Positions 46,574 to 55,559 of a stretch of DNA of 64,000 bases are shown here, in pieces. This DNA is from Micromonospora sonneratiae (GTDB lineage Bacteria; Actinomycetota; Actinomycetes; Mycobacteriales; Micromonosporaceae): assembly GCF_042679305.1 (NCBI RefSeq), contig NZ_JBHTMP010000017.1:13551-77550 (forward strand). Reading direction: 5' to 3'. Position 1 is the first letter of the stretch; each line of letters opens with the position of its first letter. A program made the position numbers and the translations under genes. Below the pieces are notes generated by a model, which saw only the letters and a program-made list of their open reading frames with translations, had not been told where the DNA came from and made no database searches.

Positions 46574-47322
46574 CGGATCGTCTCCTCCCGCGCCGGGCGC
46601 AGCAGCGCCGGATGCAGGAGTCGGGCGTCGCCGGCCCGGTAGAGCCGGGCCCGGGGGCCGCCGCGCGCCCCACCGCGTTCGGTGGTCACGCCGGTGCTCT
46701 CCACGAAGCCGGGCACCGAGAGCACCTTCCGGTGGAAGTTGCCGGCGTGCAGCGCATGCCCCCACACCGTCTCGTAGACGGCCCGCAGCTCACCGATGGT
46801 GAACTCGTCACCGAGGAAACGGGTGGCCAACGGGGTGTACTCCAGCTTGGACCGGGCCCGCTCCAGGCCGTCGGCGACGATTCGCTCATGGTCGAAGGCG
46901 AGTTGCCGGGTGGGCAGGTCGGCCACGGGTAGCCAGGCCGCGTCCTCGGCGTCGGTGCCGGCGGCGGGATCGGGCAGGTCGGGTGCGAACGCGAGATGGG
47001 CGACCGACACCACCCGCATCCGTGGGTCGCGGTCAGGTGCGCTGTAACTGGCCAACTGCTCCAGGTGTACGCGTCGCAGCCGCTCGCCGCCGAGCCCGGT
47101 CTCCTCGGCCAACTCGCGCCGTGCGCAGGCGGCCAGGTCCTCGTCCGGCCGTACGAAGCCGCCGGGCAGCGCCCAGAAACCCGAGTACGGCGGTTCGGCG
47201 CGACGGATCAGTAGCAGGTGCAGCGCGTCGTCACGGATGGTCAGCGCGACCACGTCGGCGGTCACCGCGACCGGGGGAAACGCCTGTGGGTCGTACGCGG
47301 CGAGGAAGTCCTCTTCGGTCAC
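46570..47322 (-). CDS. Nudix hydrolase + C-terminal winged-HTH (NrtR-type regulator)
   Basis: GTG 47322 follows GAGGAG. Intact Nudix box GFVRPDEDLAACARRELAEETGL. C-terminal FTIGELRAVYETVWGHALHAGNFHRKV is typical of the NrtR DNA-binding domain. Confidence 0.85.
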   Translation of the reverse strand: MTEEDFLAAYDPQAFPPVAVTADVVALTIRDDALHLLLIRRAEPPYSGFWALPGGFVRPDEDLAACARRELAEETGLGGERLRRVHLEQLASYSAPDRDPRMRVVSVAHLAFAPDLPDPAAGTDAEDAAWLPVADLPTRQLAFDHERIVADGLERARSKLEYTPLATRFLGDEFTIGELRAVYETVWGHALHAGNFHRKVLSVPGFVESTGVTTERGGARGGPRARLYRAGDARLLHPALLRPAREETIR

Positions 47323-47339
47323 AGCGCCAGTTCTCCTCG

Positions 47340-47359
47340 TTCTGAGAAAATCTCAAGAA
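47340..47359 (-). promoter_or_regulatory. AT-rich near-palindrome upstream of the Nudix-regulator operon (candidate operator)
   Basis: TTCTGAGAAAATCTCAAGAA (arms TCTGAGA / TCTCA(A)GA), about 35% GC in a ~72% GC genome, 18-37 nt upstream of the GTG start. Confidence 0.4.
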
Positions 47360-47406
47360 GAGAATAACTGGTGATCGTTTCGGCCACCAGTCCCCGGTAC
47401 GGTCGA

Positions 47407-47961
47407 CTACCTCGTGAACGGAGACCTCGGAAGCTGCGGCAGGGGTGGCCGATCACCCGCCTCGTCGATGACGGTGATCTGCCACCGGACGACCGGGGCT
47501 GCCAGCATCCGGCCGGCGTACCAGCCGAGGGTGCCGGCGGCGATGAGGATCGCCCCGGAGAGGTAGTAGACGGTCAGGTCGCCGAGGTCGACGGTATGGG
47601 CGACCCGGTTCAAGATGATCAGCAGCCCATCCCGATCCAGACAGTGCGGACCGCGGACCTCATACCGTCCGAAGTGTGTCAATGCAACCCCCAGGCTGGC
47701 ACCGGTGCCAGCCTGGGGAAACGCATCCTCAGCGAGGCAGTGGTTCGAGCGCCTCGCCGGCCGACTCTGCTCGCCAGCCGCCAGGGGCCCGTGCCCCGGC
47801 ACGAGGATGTCGAACACCTCGGACCGCATGCGTGAGCAGACCGAGGGCGGCGCATCCGGGTCGACGGTGCCGCTCCGCCAGCCCTGCCACATTCCGAAGG
47901 CCGCGACGATCAGGGCACCGGCGGTCAGCACGGCCAGCCGGGTCCTGCTCTCCGTTCCCAT
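47407..47961 (-). CDS. Hypothetical protein with N- and C-terminal TM helices
   Basis: LAVLTAGALIVAAFGMW and YYLSGAILIAAGTLGWYAG flank a ~110-aa Cys-containing domain. No known motif recognised. Confidence 0.5.
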   Translation of the reverse strand: MGTESRTRLAVLTAGALIVAAFGMWQGWRSGTVDPDAPPSVCSRMRSEVFDILVPGHGPLAAGEQSRPARRSNHCLAEDAFPQAGTGASLGVALTHFGRYEVRGPHCLDRDGLLIILNRVAHTVDLGDLTVYYLSGAILIAAGTLGWYAGRMLAAPVVRWQITVIDEAGDRPPLPQLPRSPFTR

Positions 47962-48006
47962 GTCGCCAGTGTCGGAGAGGAAGGCAAGTGTCGATGGAGG
48001 GCCGGA

Positions 48007-48882
48007 TCACTCCGTCACTGGCAGGTCGTCCTGACGGATCGAGCCGATCAGGTGCGGTTTGCCGGAGGTCTCGTCGTACAGGGTGAAGTCGCGGTCGGCC
48101 GTCGTGCTGAACGCGACCGTGCCGGGCAACGTGATCGGCGTCTTGAACGACACGTCGACCGTGTACGCGTCGGGCAGCCGGCCGGCGAACGCCGCCAGGC
48201 ACCGGGCCTTGCTCCACATGCCGTGCGCGATCGGGCGCGGGAAACCGAACATCCGGGCTCCCAGCCGGGAGGTGTGGATCGGGTTGTGGTCGCCGGAGAC
48301 CCGGGCGTAGTCCGTACCCACCCGGCGATCCACCTGCCACCGGGCGGTAGCCGCCGGCGGTGCCGGTCGGTCCGCCGCCGCTGGCCGCTGGCCGTCCGTC
48401 GTCCGCTGCTCCCGGCTCAGGTACGTCGACACGCCCAGCCAGGCCACCACCCCGTCGATCGCTGCCGTGGCCACGACGTCGAACTGCTGTCCCCGGTCGT
48501 GCGGGCGCAGGTCGACGGCGCGTACCGACAGGTCGACGGGTTGTCCGGCGTCGATCGGCCAGTCCAGACTGATCCGGTTGGCCACATGGACCAGGCCGAC
48601 CAGCGGGACGGGGAAGTCCGGCGCGGACATCAGTTGCAGGGCGAGGGGAAACGCCATCACGTGCAGGTACGTGGCCGGCAGCGTGTCGGTCAGCCGGAAA
48701 CCACACACCCGGTCGTACGCGGCCAACCGGTCCCGGTCGACGGTGACGTTCCGGAGCAGGAGTTCGGAGTCGGGCAGGGTTTCGGGCCGGGGTGCCCGAC
48801 CCGGCCAGGGGAGCAGCCCGACGGCCGCCCGACGGTGGAACGGCCCGGTTGCCGGCATTCTGGTCAGTTCGACAGTGGACAT
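48007..48882 (-). CDS. MaoC-like (R)-hydratase, double hot-dog (HtdX-like)
   Basis: YARVSGDHNPIHTSRLGARMFGFPRPIAHGM hydratase motif. Abuts the fabG4-like gene as in the mycobacterial htdX-fabG4. Confidence 0.85.
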   Translation of the reverse strand: MSTVELTRMPATGPFHRRAAVGLLPWPGRAPRPETLPDSELLLRNVTVDRDRLAAYDRVCGFRLTDTLPATYLHVMAFPLALQLMSAPDFPVPLVGLVHVANRISLDWPIDAGQPVDLSVRAVDLRPHDRGQQFDVVATAAIDGVVAWLGVSTYLSREQRTTDGQRPAAADRPAPPAATARWQVDRRVGTDYARVSGDHNPIHTSRLGARMFGFPRPIAHGMWSKARCLAAFAGRLPDAYTVDVSFKTPITLPGTVAFSTTADRDFTLYDETSGKPHLIGSIRQDDLPVTE

Positions 48883-50373
48883 CTAAGCCCCCAGGAGGCT
48901 CTGGCCGCAGACGCGGACGACGTTGCCGGTCACGCCCCCGGACGCGGGCGAGGCGAACCAGGCGACGGTCTCAGCCACATCGACCGGCCGCCCGCCCTGC
49001 GCCATGCTGTTCATCCGTCGCCCGGCCTGCCGCAGCAGCGCCGGCATCCGGGCGGTCATCGCCGTCTCGATGAATCCGGGCGCGACCGCGTTGATGGTGA
49101 TGCCCCGACCGACGAGCACCGGGGCCATCGACTGCACCAGCCCGATCACCCCGGCCTTGGAGGTGGCGTAGTTGGTCTGCCCCCGGTTGCCGGCGATGCC
49201 CGCGATCGAGGAGACCCCGATCAGCCGGCCGCCCGTCGGGATCAGGTCGCGGGCCAGCAGCACGTCGTTGATCCGCTCCTGGCTGGAGAGGTTGACCTCC
49301 AGCACCGAGTCCCACCAGGCCGGGTCCATCCGGGCGATCGTCTTGTCCCGGGTGATGCCGGCGTTGTGGACGACGATGTCCACCCGTCCGTGTCGGCCGG
49401 CGAAGTGGTTCGCCAGTCGGGTCGGCGCGTTGGCCGCGGTCAGGTCGAGCTGTAGCGCCGTACCCCGGATGGAGTTCGCGACCTCGGCCAGCGTGTCGCC
49501 GACGGGCGGTACGTCCAGCGCGACGACGTGCGCACCGTCGCGGGCCAGCACCCGGGCGATGGCCGCGCCGATTCCCTGCGCCGCGCCGGTGACCAGCGCG
49601 ATCCTGCCGGCCAGTGGCCGGTCCCAGTCGACGTACGGCTGGTCGGCGGGCTGCCAGCCGACCCGGATCACCTGGCCGGAGACGTAGGCGGACCGGCCGG
49701 AGAGCAGGAAGCGCAGCGTCGACTCGATCGCGTACTCCGCGCCCGGGGTGACGTAGACGAGTTGGGCGGTCGTACCGCGCCCGAACTCCTTGCCGATGCT
49801 GCGGGTCAGGCCCTCCAGCGCCCGCTGGGCGGTGGCCTCCCGGGGTGACGCGCACACCTCGGGCGGGCTGCCGAGCACGATCACCCGGCCACTCGGTTGC
49901 AGGGTACGGGCGTGGGCGTGGAAGAAGTCGTAGAGCGGACGCAGCCCGGTCGAGTCGATGATCCCGGTCGCGTCGAAGATGAGCGCCGCGTTACGCGGCA
50001 CCTGGTCGGTCCCGGGCTCGGCCGGTGCGATGGCCACCGTGGTTTCCGGACCAGCCGCTGCCGTGGCCTCCGACTCGGCTGATGTCGGTGCCGCCGGATC
50101 GGGTGAAGCCGGTGCCGCCGGATCGGTGGGTGTCGTCAGTGGATTCGCGACCGCCATGAGCGGGTCGCGTACCTCGACGCCGGCACCGCCGAGCAGAATG
50201 GCGACCGGTGCGCGCATCCGTCCGTTGGGTGCGGCGTCGAGCAGGACCGGGCCGGGGACCAGCGGGTCGCCGGGGCGGTATCGGCGCAGCCGGGGCGGGT
50301 CGGGCAAGCCGAGGCGTCTGACCAAGGCACGACCTGATCCGGAGCGGGCAAAGGTCGCGTACCTGTCGCTCAT
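48883..50373 (-). CDS. Two-domain 3-oxoacyl-ACP reductase (FabG4-like SDR)
   Basis: N-terminal flavodoxin-like half plus C-terminal SDR: VTGAAQGIGAAIA, NAGITRD, S...YATSKAG. Confidence 0.85.
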   Translation of the reverse strand: MSDRYATFARSGSGRALVRRLGLPDPPRLRRYRPGDPLVPGPVLLDAAPNGRMRAPVAILLGGAGVEVRDPLMAVANPLTTPTDPAAPASPDPAAPTSAESEATAAAGPETTVAIAPAEPGTDQVPRNAALIFDATGIIDSTGLRPLYDFFHAHARTLQPSGRVIVLGSPPEVCASPREATAQRALEGLTRSIGKEFGRGTTAQLVYVTPGAEYAIESTLRFLLSGRSAYVSGQVIRVGWQPADQPYVDWDRPLAGRIALVTGAAQGIGAAIARVLARDGAHVVALDVPPVGDTLAEVANSIRGTALQLDLTAANAPTRLANHFAGRHGRVDIVVHNAGITRDKTIARMDPAWWDSVLEVNLSSQERINDVLLARDLIPTGGRLIGVSSIAGIAGNRGQTNYATSKAGVIGLVQSMAPVLVGRGITINAVAPGFIETAMTARMPALLRQAGRRMNSMAQGGRPVDVAETVAWFASPASGGVTGNVVRVCGQSLLGA

Positions 50374-50429
50374 GGGCGTAGCCTACTCGTCAGTAGGGTA
50401 GTGGCAACCCGGGTTGGGAAGGGGAAACC

Positions 50430-51722
50430 GTGCAAACCGTACGTCGTGTCGCGGTCATCGGGGGTAACCGGATCCCGTTCGCCCGCTCGGGTGGACGCTA
50501 CGCCAACGCATCGAACCAGGACATGCTCGGCGCGGCGCTGGATGGTCTGTTGGCCCGCTTCGGCCTCGCCGATCAGCGGGTCGGTGAGGTGGTTGCCGGG
50601 GCAGTGCTCAAACACTCCCGCGACTTTAACCTGACCCGCGAGGTGGTGCTCGGATCGCGGCTCGACCCGCACACCCCGGCGTACGACATCCAGCAGGCCT
50701 GCGGCACCGGGCTGGAAGCCGTGATTCTGGTGGCCAACAAGATCGCCCTCGGGCAGATCGAGGTCGGCATCGCCGGTGGCGTGGACACCACATCGGACGC
50801 CCCGTTGGCGGTCAACGAGGACTTCCGGCGTGCCCTGCTGAACATCAACCACTCCCGTACGGCCGCTGCCCGGCTCCGGGCCGCCACCCGGTTGCGTCCC
50901 ACCCACCCGTTCCGGCCGGAGACCCCGCGCAACGCCGAGCCGCGTACCGGACTGTCCATGGGCGAACATGCCGCGATCACCGCCCGACAGTGGGGGATCA
51001 GCCGTGAGGCGCAGGACGAGTTCGCGCTGCGCTCGCACCAGCGGCTGGCCGCCGCCTACGATCGCGGCTTCTTCGACGACCTGATGACGCCGTACCTCGG
51101 GCTGACCCGGGACCAGAACCTGCGGCCGGACACCAGCCTGGAACGGCTGGCCGCCCTCAAGCCGGTCTTCGGCAACCGGGGGCCGGACGCCGCCCTGGCC
51201 ACCATGACCGCCGGCAACTCCTCCCCGCTGACCGACGGCGCGTCGACCGTCCTGCTGGCCTCCGAGGAGTGGGCCGCCGAGCACCACTTGCCGGTGCTGG
51301 CGTACGTCACCTTCTCCGAGGTGGCTGCCGTCGACTTCGTACACGGCGACGAGGGGTTGCTGATGGCCCCGGCGTACGCCGTACCCCGGATGCTGGCCCG
51401 GGCCGGGCTGGCGCTGAGCGACTTCGACTACTACGAGATCCACGAGGCGTTCGCGTCGCAGGTGCTGGCCACCCTCGCCGCCTGGGAGTCGCCCGAGTTC
51501 TGCGAGAACCGGCTGGGGCTGGCCGCGCCGCTCGGACCGATCGACCGGAGCCGGCTCAACGTCAACGGCTCCTCCCTGGCCGCCGGGCACCCGTTCGCGG
51601 CAACCGGCGGGCGGCTGGTCGCCACCCTGGCCAAGCTGCTGGCCGAGCGGGGCTCGGGTCGCGGACTGATCTCCATCTGTGCCGCCGGTGGCCAGGGCGT
51701 GGTGGCGATCCTGGAACGCTGA
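50430..51722 (+). CDS. Acetyl-CoA acetyltransferase / thiolase (FadA2-like)
   Basis: Active-site context QQACGTGLEAV, NVNGSSLAAGHPFAATGGR, CAAGGQG. Confidence 0.9.
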   Translation: MQTVRRVAVIGGNRIPFARSGGRYANASNQDMLGAALDGLLARFGLADQRVGEVVAGAVLKHSRDFNLTREVVLGSRLDPHTPAYDIQQACGTGLEAVILVANKIALGQIEVGIAGGVDTTSDAPLAVNEDFRRALLNINHSRTAAARLRAATRLRPTHPFRPETPRNAEPRTGLSMGEHAAITARQWGISREAQDEFALRSHQRLAAAYDRGFFDDLMTPYLGLTRDQNLRPDTSLERLAALKPVFGNRGPDAALATMTAGNSSPLTDGASTVLLASEEWAAEHHLPVLAYVTFSEVAAVDFVHGDEGLLMAPAYAVPRMLARAGLALSDFDYYEIHEAFASQVLATLAAWESPEFCENRLGLAAPLGPIDRSRLNVNGSSLAAGHPFAATGGRLVATLAKLLAERGSGRGLISICAAGGQGVVAILER

Positions 51723-51791
51723 CCCGCGCGGTGGCCCGACTGTCCAACAACTGTTTGACGGTCGCCGGTCGGGCTTCCTAGACTCCCCAAC

Positions 51792-52343
51792 ATGTCTTTG
51801 GGAGATGGGTCGGCAGAGCGTGATCCGACCGTCGAGTTGCGGGCACTGGCCCATCCTGTCCGGCTGCGGATCCTCTCCCTGCTCACCGCGACGGAGATGA
51901 CCGCCGCCGAGGTCGCCCGGGAGTTGGACCTCACCCACGCCAACGCCAGCTACCACCTGCGCCACCTGCTCGACGCCGGCGTCATCCAGATCGCTGGCGA
52001 GGAGCGCATCCGGGGCGGGGTCGCGAAACGCTACCGGTACGACGCGACGCGCGACTTCGACCGACGCCGGCCGTCGCCGGATGGTGCCGAACCGACCCGC
52101 GACCATCGCCTGCTCTACGCGACGCTCGCCACGGAACTGCGCCGTCGCAGCCAGCAGGCCCGCCGTTCGTCGAACAACTTCCTCACCGACGCCGAATTCT
52201 GGATCGACCCGGAGACCTGGCAGGCCGTACGGGAACAGATCGCCAACGCCGCCGAGACGTTGCACCGGGCGGCACAACCGCCCCGCGCCCCCGGAGCGGT
52301 CCGGGTGAGCGCCACCGTCGCGTTGTTCCAGATGGAGGACTGA
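51792..52343 (+). CDS. ArsR-like wHTH regulator with C-terminal extension
   Basis: LRALAHPVRLRILSLLTATEMTAAEVARELDLTHANASYHLRHLLDAGV. One nt from the MFS gene. Confidence 0.8.
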   Translation: MSLGDGSAERDPTVELRALAHPVRLRILSLLTATEMTAAEVARELDLTHANASYHLRHLLDAGVIQIAGEERIRGGVAKRYRYDATRDFDRRRPSPDGAEPTRDHRLLYATLATELRRRSQQARRSSNNFLTDAEFWIDPETWQAVREQIANAAETLHRAAQPPRAPGAVRVSATVALFQMED

Positions 52344-52344
52344 G

Positions 52345-53610
52345 GTGGGCACCATGACATCCACGTTGGCGCCCCTGCGACACAGCGCCTTCCGCTACCT
52401 GGCTGCCGGCCGGTTCACCACGATGCTCGGCAACGCGATCGCACCGATCGCCCTGGCCTTCGCCGTACTCGACCTGACCGGCTCCGTACGCGATCTCGGG
52501 CTGGTCGTCGGTGCCCGGTCGTTGACCAACGTGCTGTTCCTGCTCTTCGGCGGGGTACTGGCCGACCGGCTGCCCCGGCAGGCGGTGATGGTGGTGGCCT
52601 GCACACTGGCCGGGGCCACCCAGGCGGCGGTCGCCACGTTGGTGCTGACCGACACCGCGACGATCCCACTGCTGATCGCGCTCGGTGCGGTCAACGGGGT
52701 GGTCACCGCGTTCGCGTTCCCGGCCGCTGCCGCACTGATGCCCCAGACCGTGCCGGCAGACCTGTTGCAGCCGGCCAACGCCCTCAACCGGCTCGGCGTC
52801 AACGCGGCCATGATCGGTGGTGCGTCGCTGGGTGGCATCCTGATCGCCGCTGTCGGCCCCGGCTGGGGGCTGGCCGTCGACGCGGCCACCTTCGCCCTGG
52901 CCGGGCTGACCTTCGCCCGGATCCGTGTCACCGGTGTCCGGGACCGGTCGACGTCCCGGCCCAGCACCTGGACCCAGTTGCGCGAGGGCTGGACCGAGTT
53001 CGCCTCGCACTCCTGGCTCTGGAGCGTGGTGCTCGGCTTCATGCTGATCAACGCGGCGTTGACCAGCGGGGTCAACGTCCTCGGTCCGGCCGTCGCGGAC
53101 GACACGATCGGCCGACGGTCCTGGGGCATCGTGTTGGCCGTCCAGACCGCGGGCATGGTCGTCGGGGCACTGGTGGCGTTGCGGATCCGGGCCCGCCGAC
53201 TGCTTCTGCTGGGGGTGGTCTGCATGATTGCCCAGGCGCCGGTGCTGGTGGCGCTGGCCTGGACCCCCCGGCTGGCCGTACTCCTGGTCGTCGGATTCGT
53301 CGCCGGCCTGACCATGGAGCAGTTCAGTGTCGCCTGGGAGACCTCGATGCAGCAGCACATCCCGGCTGACCGGCTGGCCCGGGTCTACTCGTACGACGCA
53401 CTCGGTTCGTTCCTGGCCATTCCGATCGGGCAGATCGCCGTCGGCCCGGTGGCGTTGGCGATCGGCACCGGACCGACCCTGTTGGCCGCCGCTGGTCTCG
53501 TGGTACTGGCGGTGCTCGGCATGGTGGCCAGCCCGGGCGTACGTCGGCTGGAGAATGTCGCCCGGCCCAGCGTGACCGATCAGGTGCCGGCAGTAGCGGG
53601 AGCCGCCTGA
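52345..53610 (+). CDS. MFS transporter
   Basis: 12 TM helices. GGVLADRLPRQ loop. Start GTG 52345 or ATG 52354. Confidence 0.85.
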   Translation: MGTMTSTLAPLRHSAFRYLAAGRFTTMLGNAIAPIALAFAVLDLTGSVRDLGLVVGARSLTNVLFLLFGGVLADRLPRQAVMVVACTLAGATQAAVATLVLTDTATIPLLIALGAVNGVVTAFAFPAAAALMPQTVPADLLQPANALNRLGVNAAMIGGASLGGILIAAVGPGWGLAVDAATFALAGLTFARIRVTGVRDRSTSRPSTWTQLREGWTEFASHSWLWSVVLGFMLINAALTSGVNVLGPAVADDTIGRRSWGIVLAVQTAGMVVGALVALRIRARRLLLLGVVCMIAQAPVLVALAWTPRLAVLLVVGFVAGLTMEQFSVAWETSMQQHIPADRLARVYSYDALGSFLAIPIGQIAVGPVALAIGTGPTLLAAAGLVVLAVLGMVASPGVRRLENVARPSVTDQVPAVAGAA

Positions 53611-53621
53611 TCAGCCCGGCC

Positions 53622-55454
53622 GTGTCAAGGGTTGGTCACAGGGCGGTTGGTGGGCAGGCGCTGCGAGCAGGGATTTACTACCCTCGTCAGGTGACCACCA
53701 CGCCACTGCCCCAGCCCGAGCCGGCGTTCATCCCGCCGTCCACCATGGAGCGACCGTCGGCCGTGCCCCGCCCCGGTCTCGGACGGGGCGCGCAGATCGG
53801 ACTCGGCCTGGCGCTGCTGGCCCCCGCCCTGATCGCCCTGCTCTGGTCGTACGTGATCCCGTCCGTGTCGACCCTGCTCAAGAGCTTCCAGAAGGACAAC
53901 CTGATCGGGCCGCCGAAATCCGTAGGTACGGCGAACTACGAGCAGTTCGCCGAGATCGGTCTTGGCTCGTTCGGGTTCGGCCTGCTGCTCGGCCTCGTAC
54001 CGCTGCTGGTGGTGTTGGTCGTCGCGCCGCTACTGGCCTTCGTTGCCGATCGTGCCGGCCGCGTCGGCCGACTGGTCACCCGGGGGCTGCTGGCCGCCCC
54101 GCTGGCCTGCTACGCACCCACCGCACTCGCCACTGCGTGGCGGGCGTACCGGCTCGAGCCTGGCGCGTGGATGGAAAGCCCGTACGCCAGCACGCTCAGC
54201 ATGGCCGCCGCGATGAGCTTCGGCCTGGTGGTCGCGGTCGCCGGCACCCTGTTCCTGAGTGCGGTACGGCGTCGTCCGGCGGGTGGCGGTGGGCGCGGGC
54301 TGGCGCTGCTGGCGGTTGGCGCCACCCTCGGCCTCGGGGTCGTCGCCGCTGCGCTGCAGTCCTCCACGTTGCAGTTCACCATCACCGGTGCGGGCACCGA
54401 GCGTGAGCTTGCCACGCCCACCTTCCTCGTCATGCAGCACGGCTTCCGGATGCTCAACATCGGACTGGCCGCAGCGGGATCCACCGTGCTCCTCGTGCTG
54501 CTGGCGCTACTCGGTCTGGTCGCCGTCGGACTGCTGATCCTCACCCGTACCCGGATCGAGTTCGACGGGTGGCGGGATCGCCCGGCACCGTCGACCGAGG
54601 CGGCGGCCGTGCAGCCGGCCGAAACAGCTTCGCAGCCGGCCGGGGTACCGGTGGCGCAGCCGACCGGGATGGTGGCGGTGGGACGCCGGTCCAACCCGGT
54701 CGCCCTGGTCCTGCTGGCCCTCGGGCTGGTGGTCTTCCTCGCTGTCGTGGGCTACGCACTGTGGCCGTGGTTGCGAAGTTTCTTCGGTGACACCGCGCCC
54801 CTGCCCGACCGGTTCTCGACCGGATCGGTGCTGGTCAACACCTGGGGGCCGACGCTGATCTCGGCGGTGGTCTCGGTGGGCATCGCCGCCCTCGGCGGCT
54901 TCGCGATCGGCGGTCTGCGCCCGCTGGGCCGCTTCAGCGAGGCGCTGCTGCTGTTGTTCGCCCCCTGGTTCTTCGTCGGCAGCGGTCCGCTGCTCATCGC
55001 CAACTACCTCCGGGCCCGCGATCTCGACCAGATCAACACGTTCATCGGGCTGATCCCGCCAAGCTGGGTGTCCATTCCCGCCCTGGTGGCGTTCACCCTG
55101 CTGTTCCGGGGGCAGCAGGCCCGTTGGCGGGCCGGCAGCGGCTTCGTGTCGAGCATGCTGCTGCCCGCGCTGCCGATGCTGGGGCTGGCCGGGCTGCTGA
55201 CCTGGTTGCTGGCCGCGCAGGACCTGATCTGGCCGTACGCCGTCGCCCAGGCGGCAGAAATGCTGCCGGCACCGGTCGTGCTTCTCCTCACCGGTGGTAC
55301 GAGTGCGTTCCGTGGTGGCGCGGCATCCGAGGCGATCGGCCTGGCCCTGCCGATTCCGATGGTGCTGTTGCTGTTGGCCGCCTTCGCGGCACTCCAGGTC
55401 TTCTACCTGGACCGGCTGGCCATCCGGGCCGGCCGGTCCGAGCAGCGGGCGTAA
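53622..55454 (+). CDS. Large polytopic membrane protein resembling two fused ABC-permease-like halves
   Basis: At least 12 TM helices. LLAPALIALLWSYVIPSVSTLLKSF resembles sugar-ABC permease N-termini. No adjacent ATPase or binding protein. Start uncertain (53622, 53691 or 53745). Confidence 0.6.
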   Translation: MSRVGHRAVGGQALRAGIYYPRQVTTTPLPQPEPAFIPPSTMERPSAVPRPGLGRGAQIGLGLALLAPALIALLWSYVIPSVSTLLKSFQKDNLIGPPKSVGTANYEQFAEIGLGSFGFGLLLGLVPLLVVLVVAPLLAFVADRAGRVGRLVTRGLLAAPLACYAPTALATAWRAYRLEPGAWMESPYASTLSMAAAMSFGLVVAVAGTLFLSAVRRRPAGGGGRGLALLAVGATLGLGVVAAALQSSTLQFTITGAGTERELATPTFLVMQHGFRMLNIGLAAAGSTVLLVLLALLGLVAVGLLILTRTRIEFDGWRDRPAPSTEAAAVQPAETASQPAGVPVAQPTGMVAVGRRSNPVALVLLALGLVVFLAVVGYALWPWLRSFFGDTAPLPDRFSTGSVLVNTWGPTLISAVVSVGIAALGGFAIGGLRPLGRFSEALLLLFAPWFFVGSGPLLIANYLRARDLDQINTFIGLIPPSWVSIPALVAFTLLFRGQQARWRAGSGFVSSMLLPALPMLGLAGLLTWLLAAQDLIWPYAVAQAAEMLPAPVVLLLTGGTSAFRGGAASEAIGLALPIPMVLLLLAAFAALQVFYLDRLAIRAGRSEQRA

Positions 55455-55455
55455 G

Positions 55456-55521
55456 GGAACAAGGCCAAGCGGTAACCGGAACGAGGCCAAGTAGTCAGCG
55501 GAACGAGGCCGAGACGTAGAA
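55456..55521. repeat. Three tandem 22-bp units GGAAC(A/G)AGGCC(A/G)AG-N9
   Basis: 55456-55477 ggaacaaggccaagcggtaacc; 55478-55499 ggaacgaggccaagtagtcagc; 55500-55521 ggaacgaggccgagacgtagaa. Lies between convergent genes. Confidence 0.85.
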
Positions 55522-55559
55522 GGATCGACGACGCCAACGGCGAGGCTGCGGCGACGCCG

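Noticed and set aside
45105-46673. 522-aa and other long alternative-frame ORFs over the vWA/J-kinase genes (also 44710-45945 plus strand)
   Set aside because: They are Arg/Pro-rich nonsense translations. The frames chosen instead carry the MIDAS, HPD and kinase-like motifs and have coupled starts.
50370-52364. 664-aa minus-strand ORF
   Set aside because: It is antisense to the thiolase and ArsR-like genes and runs across their intergenic region. It has no recognisable domain.
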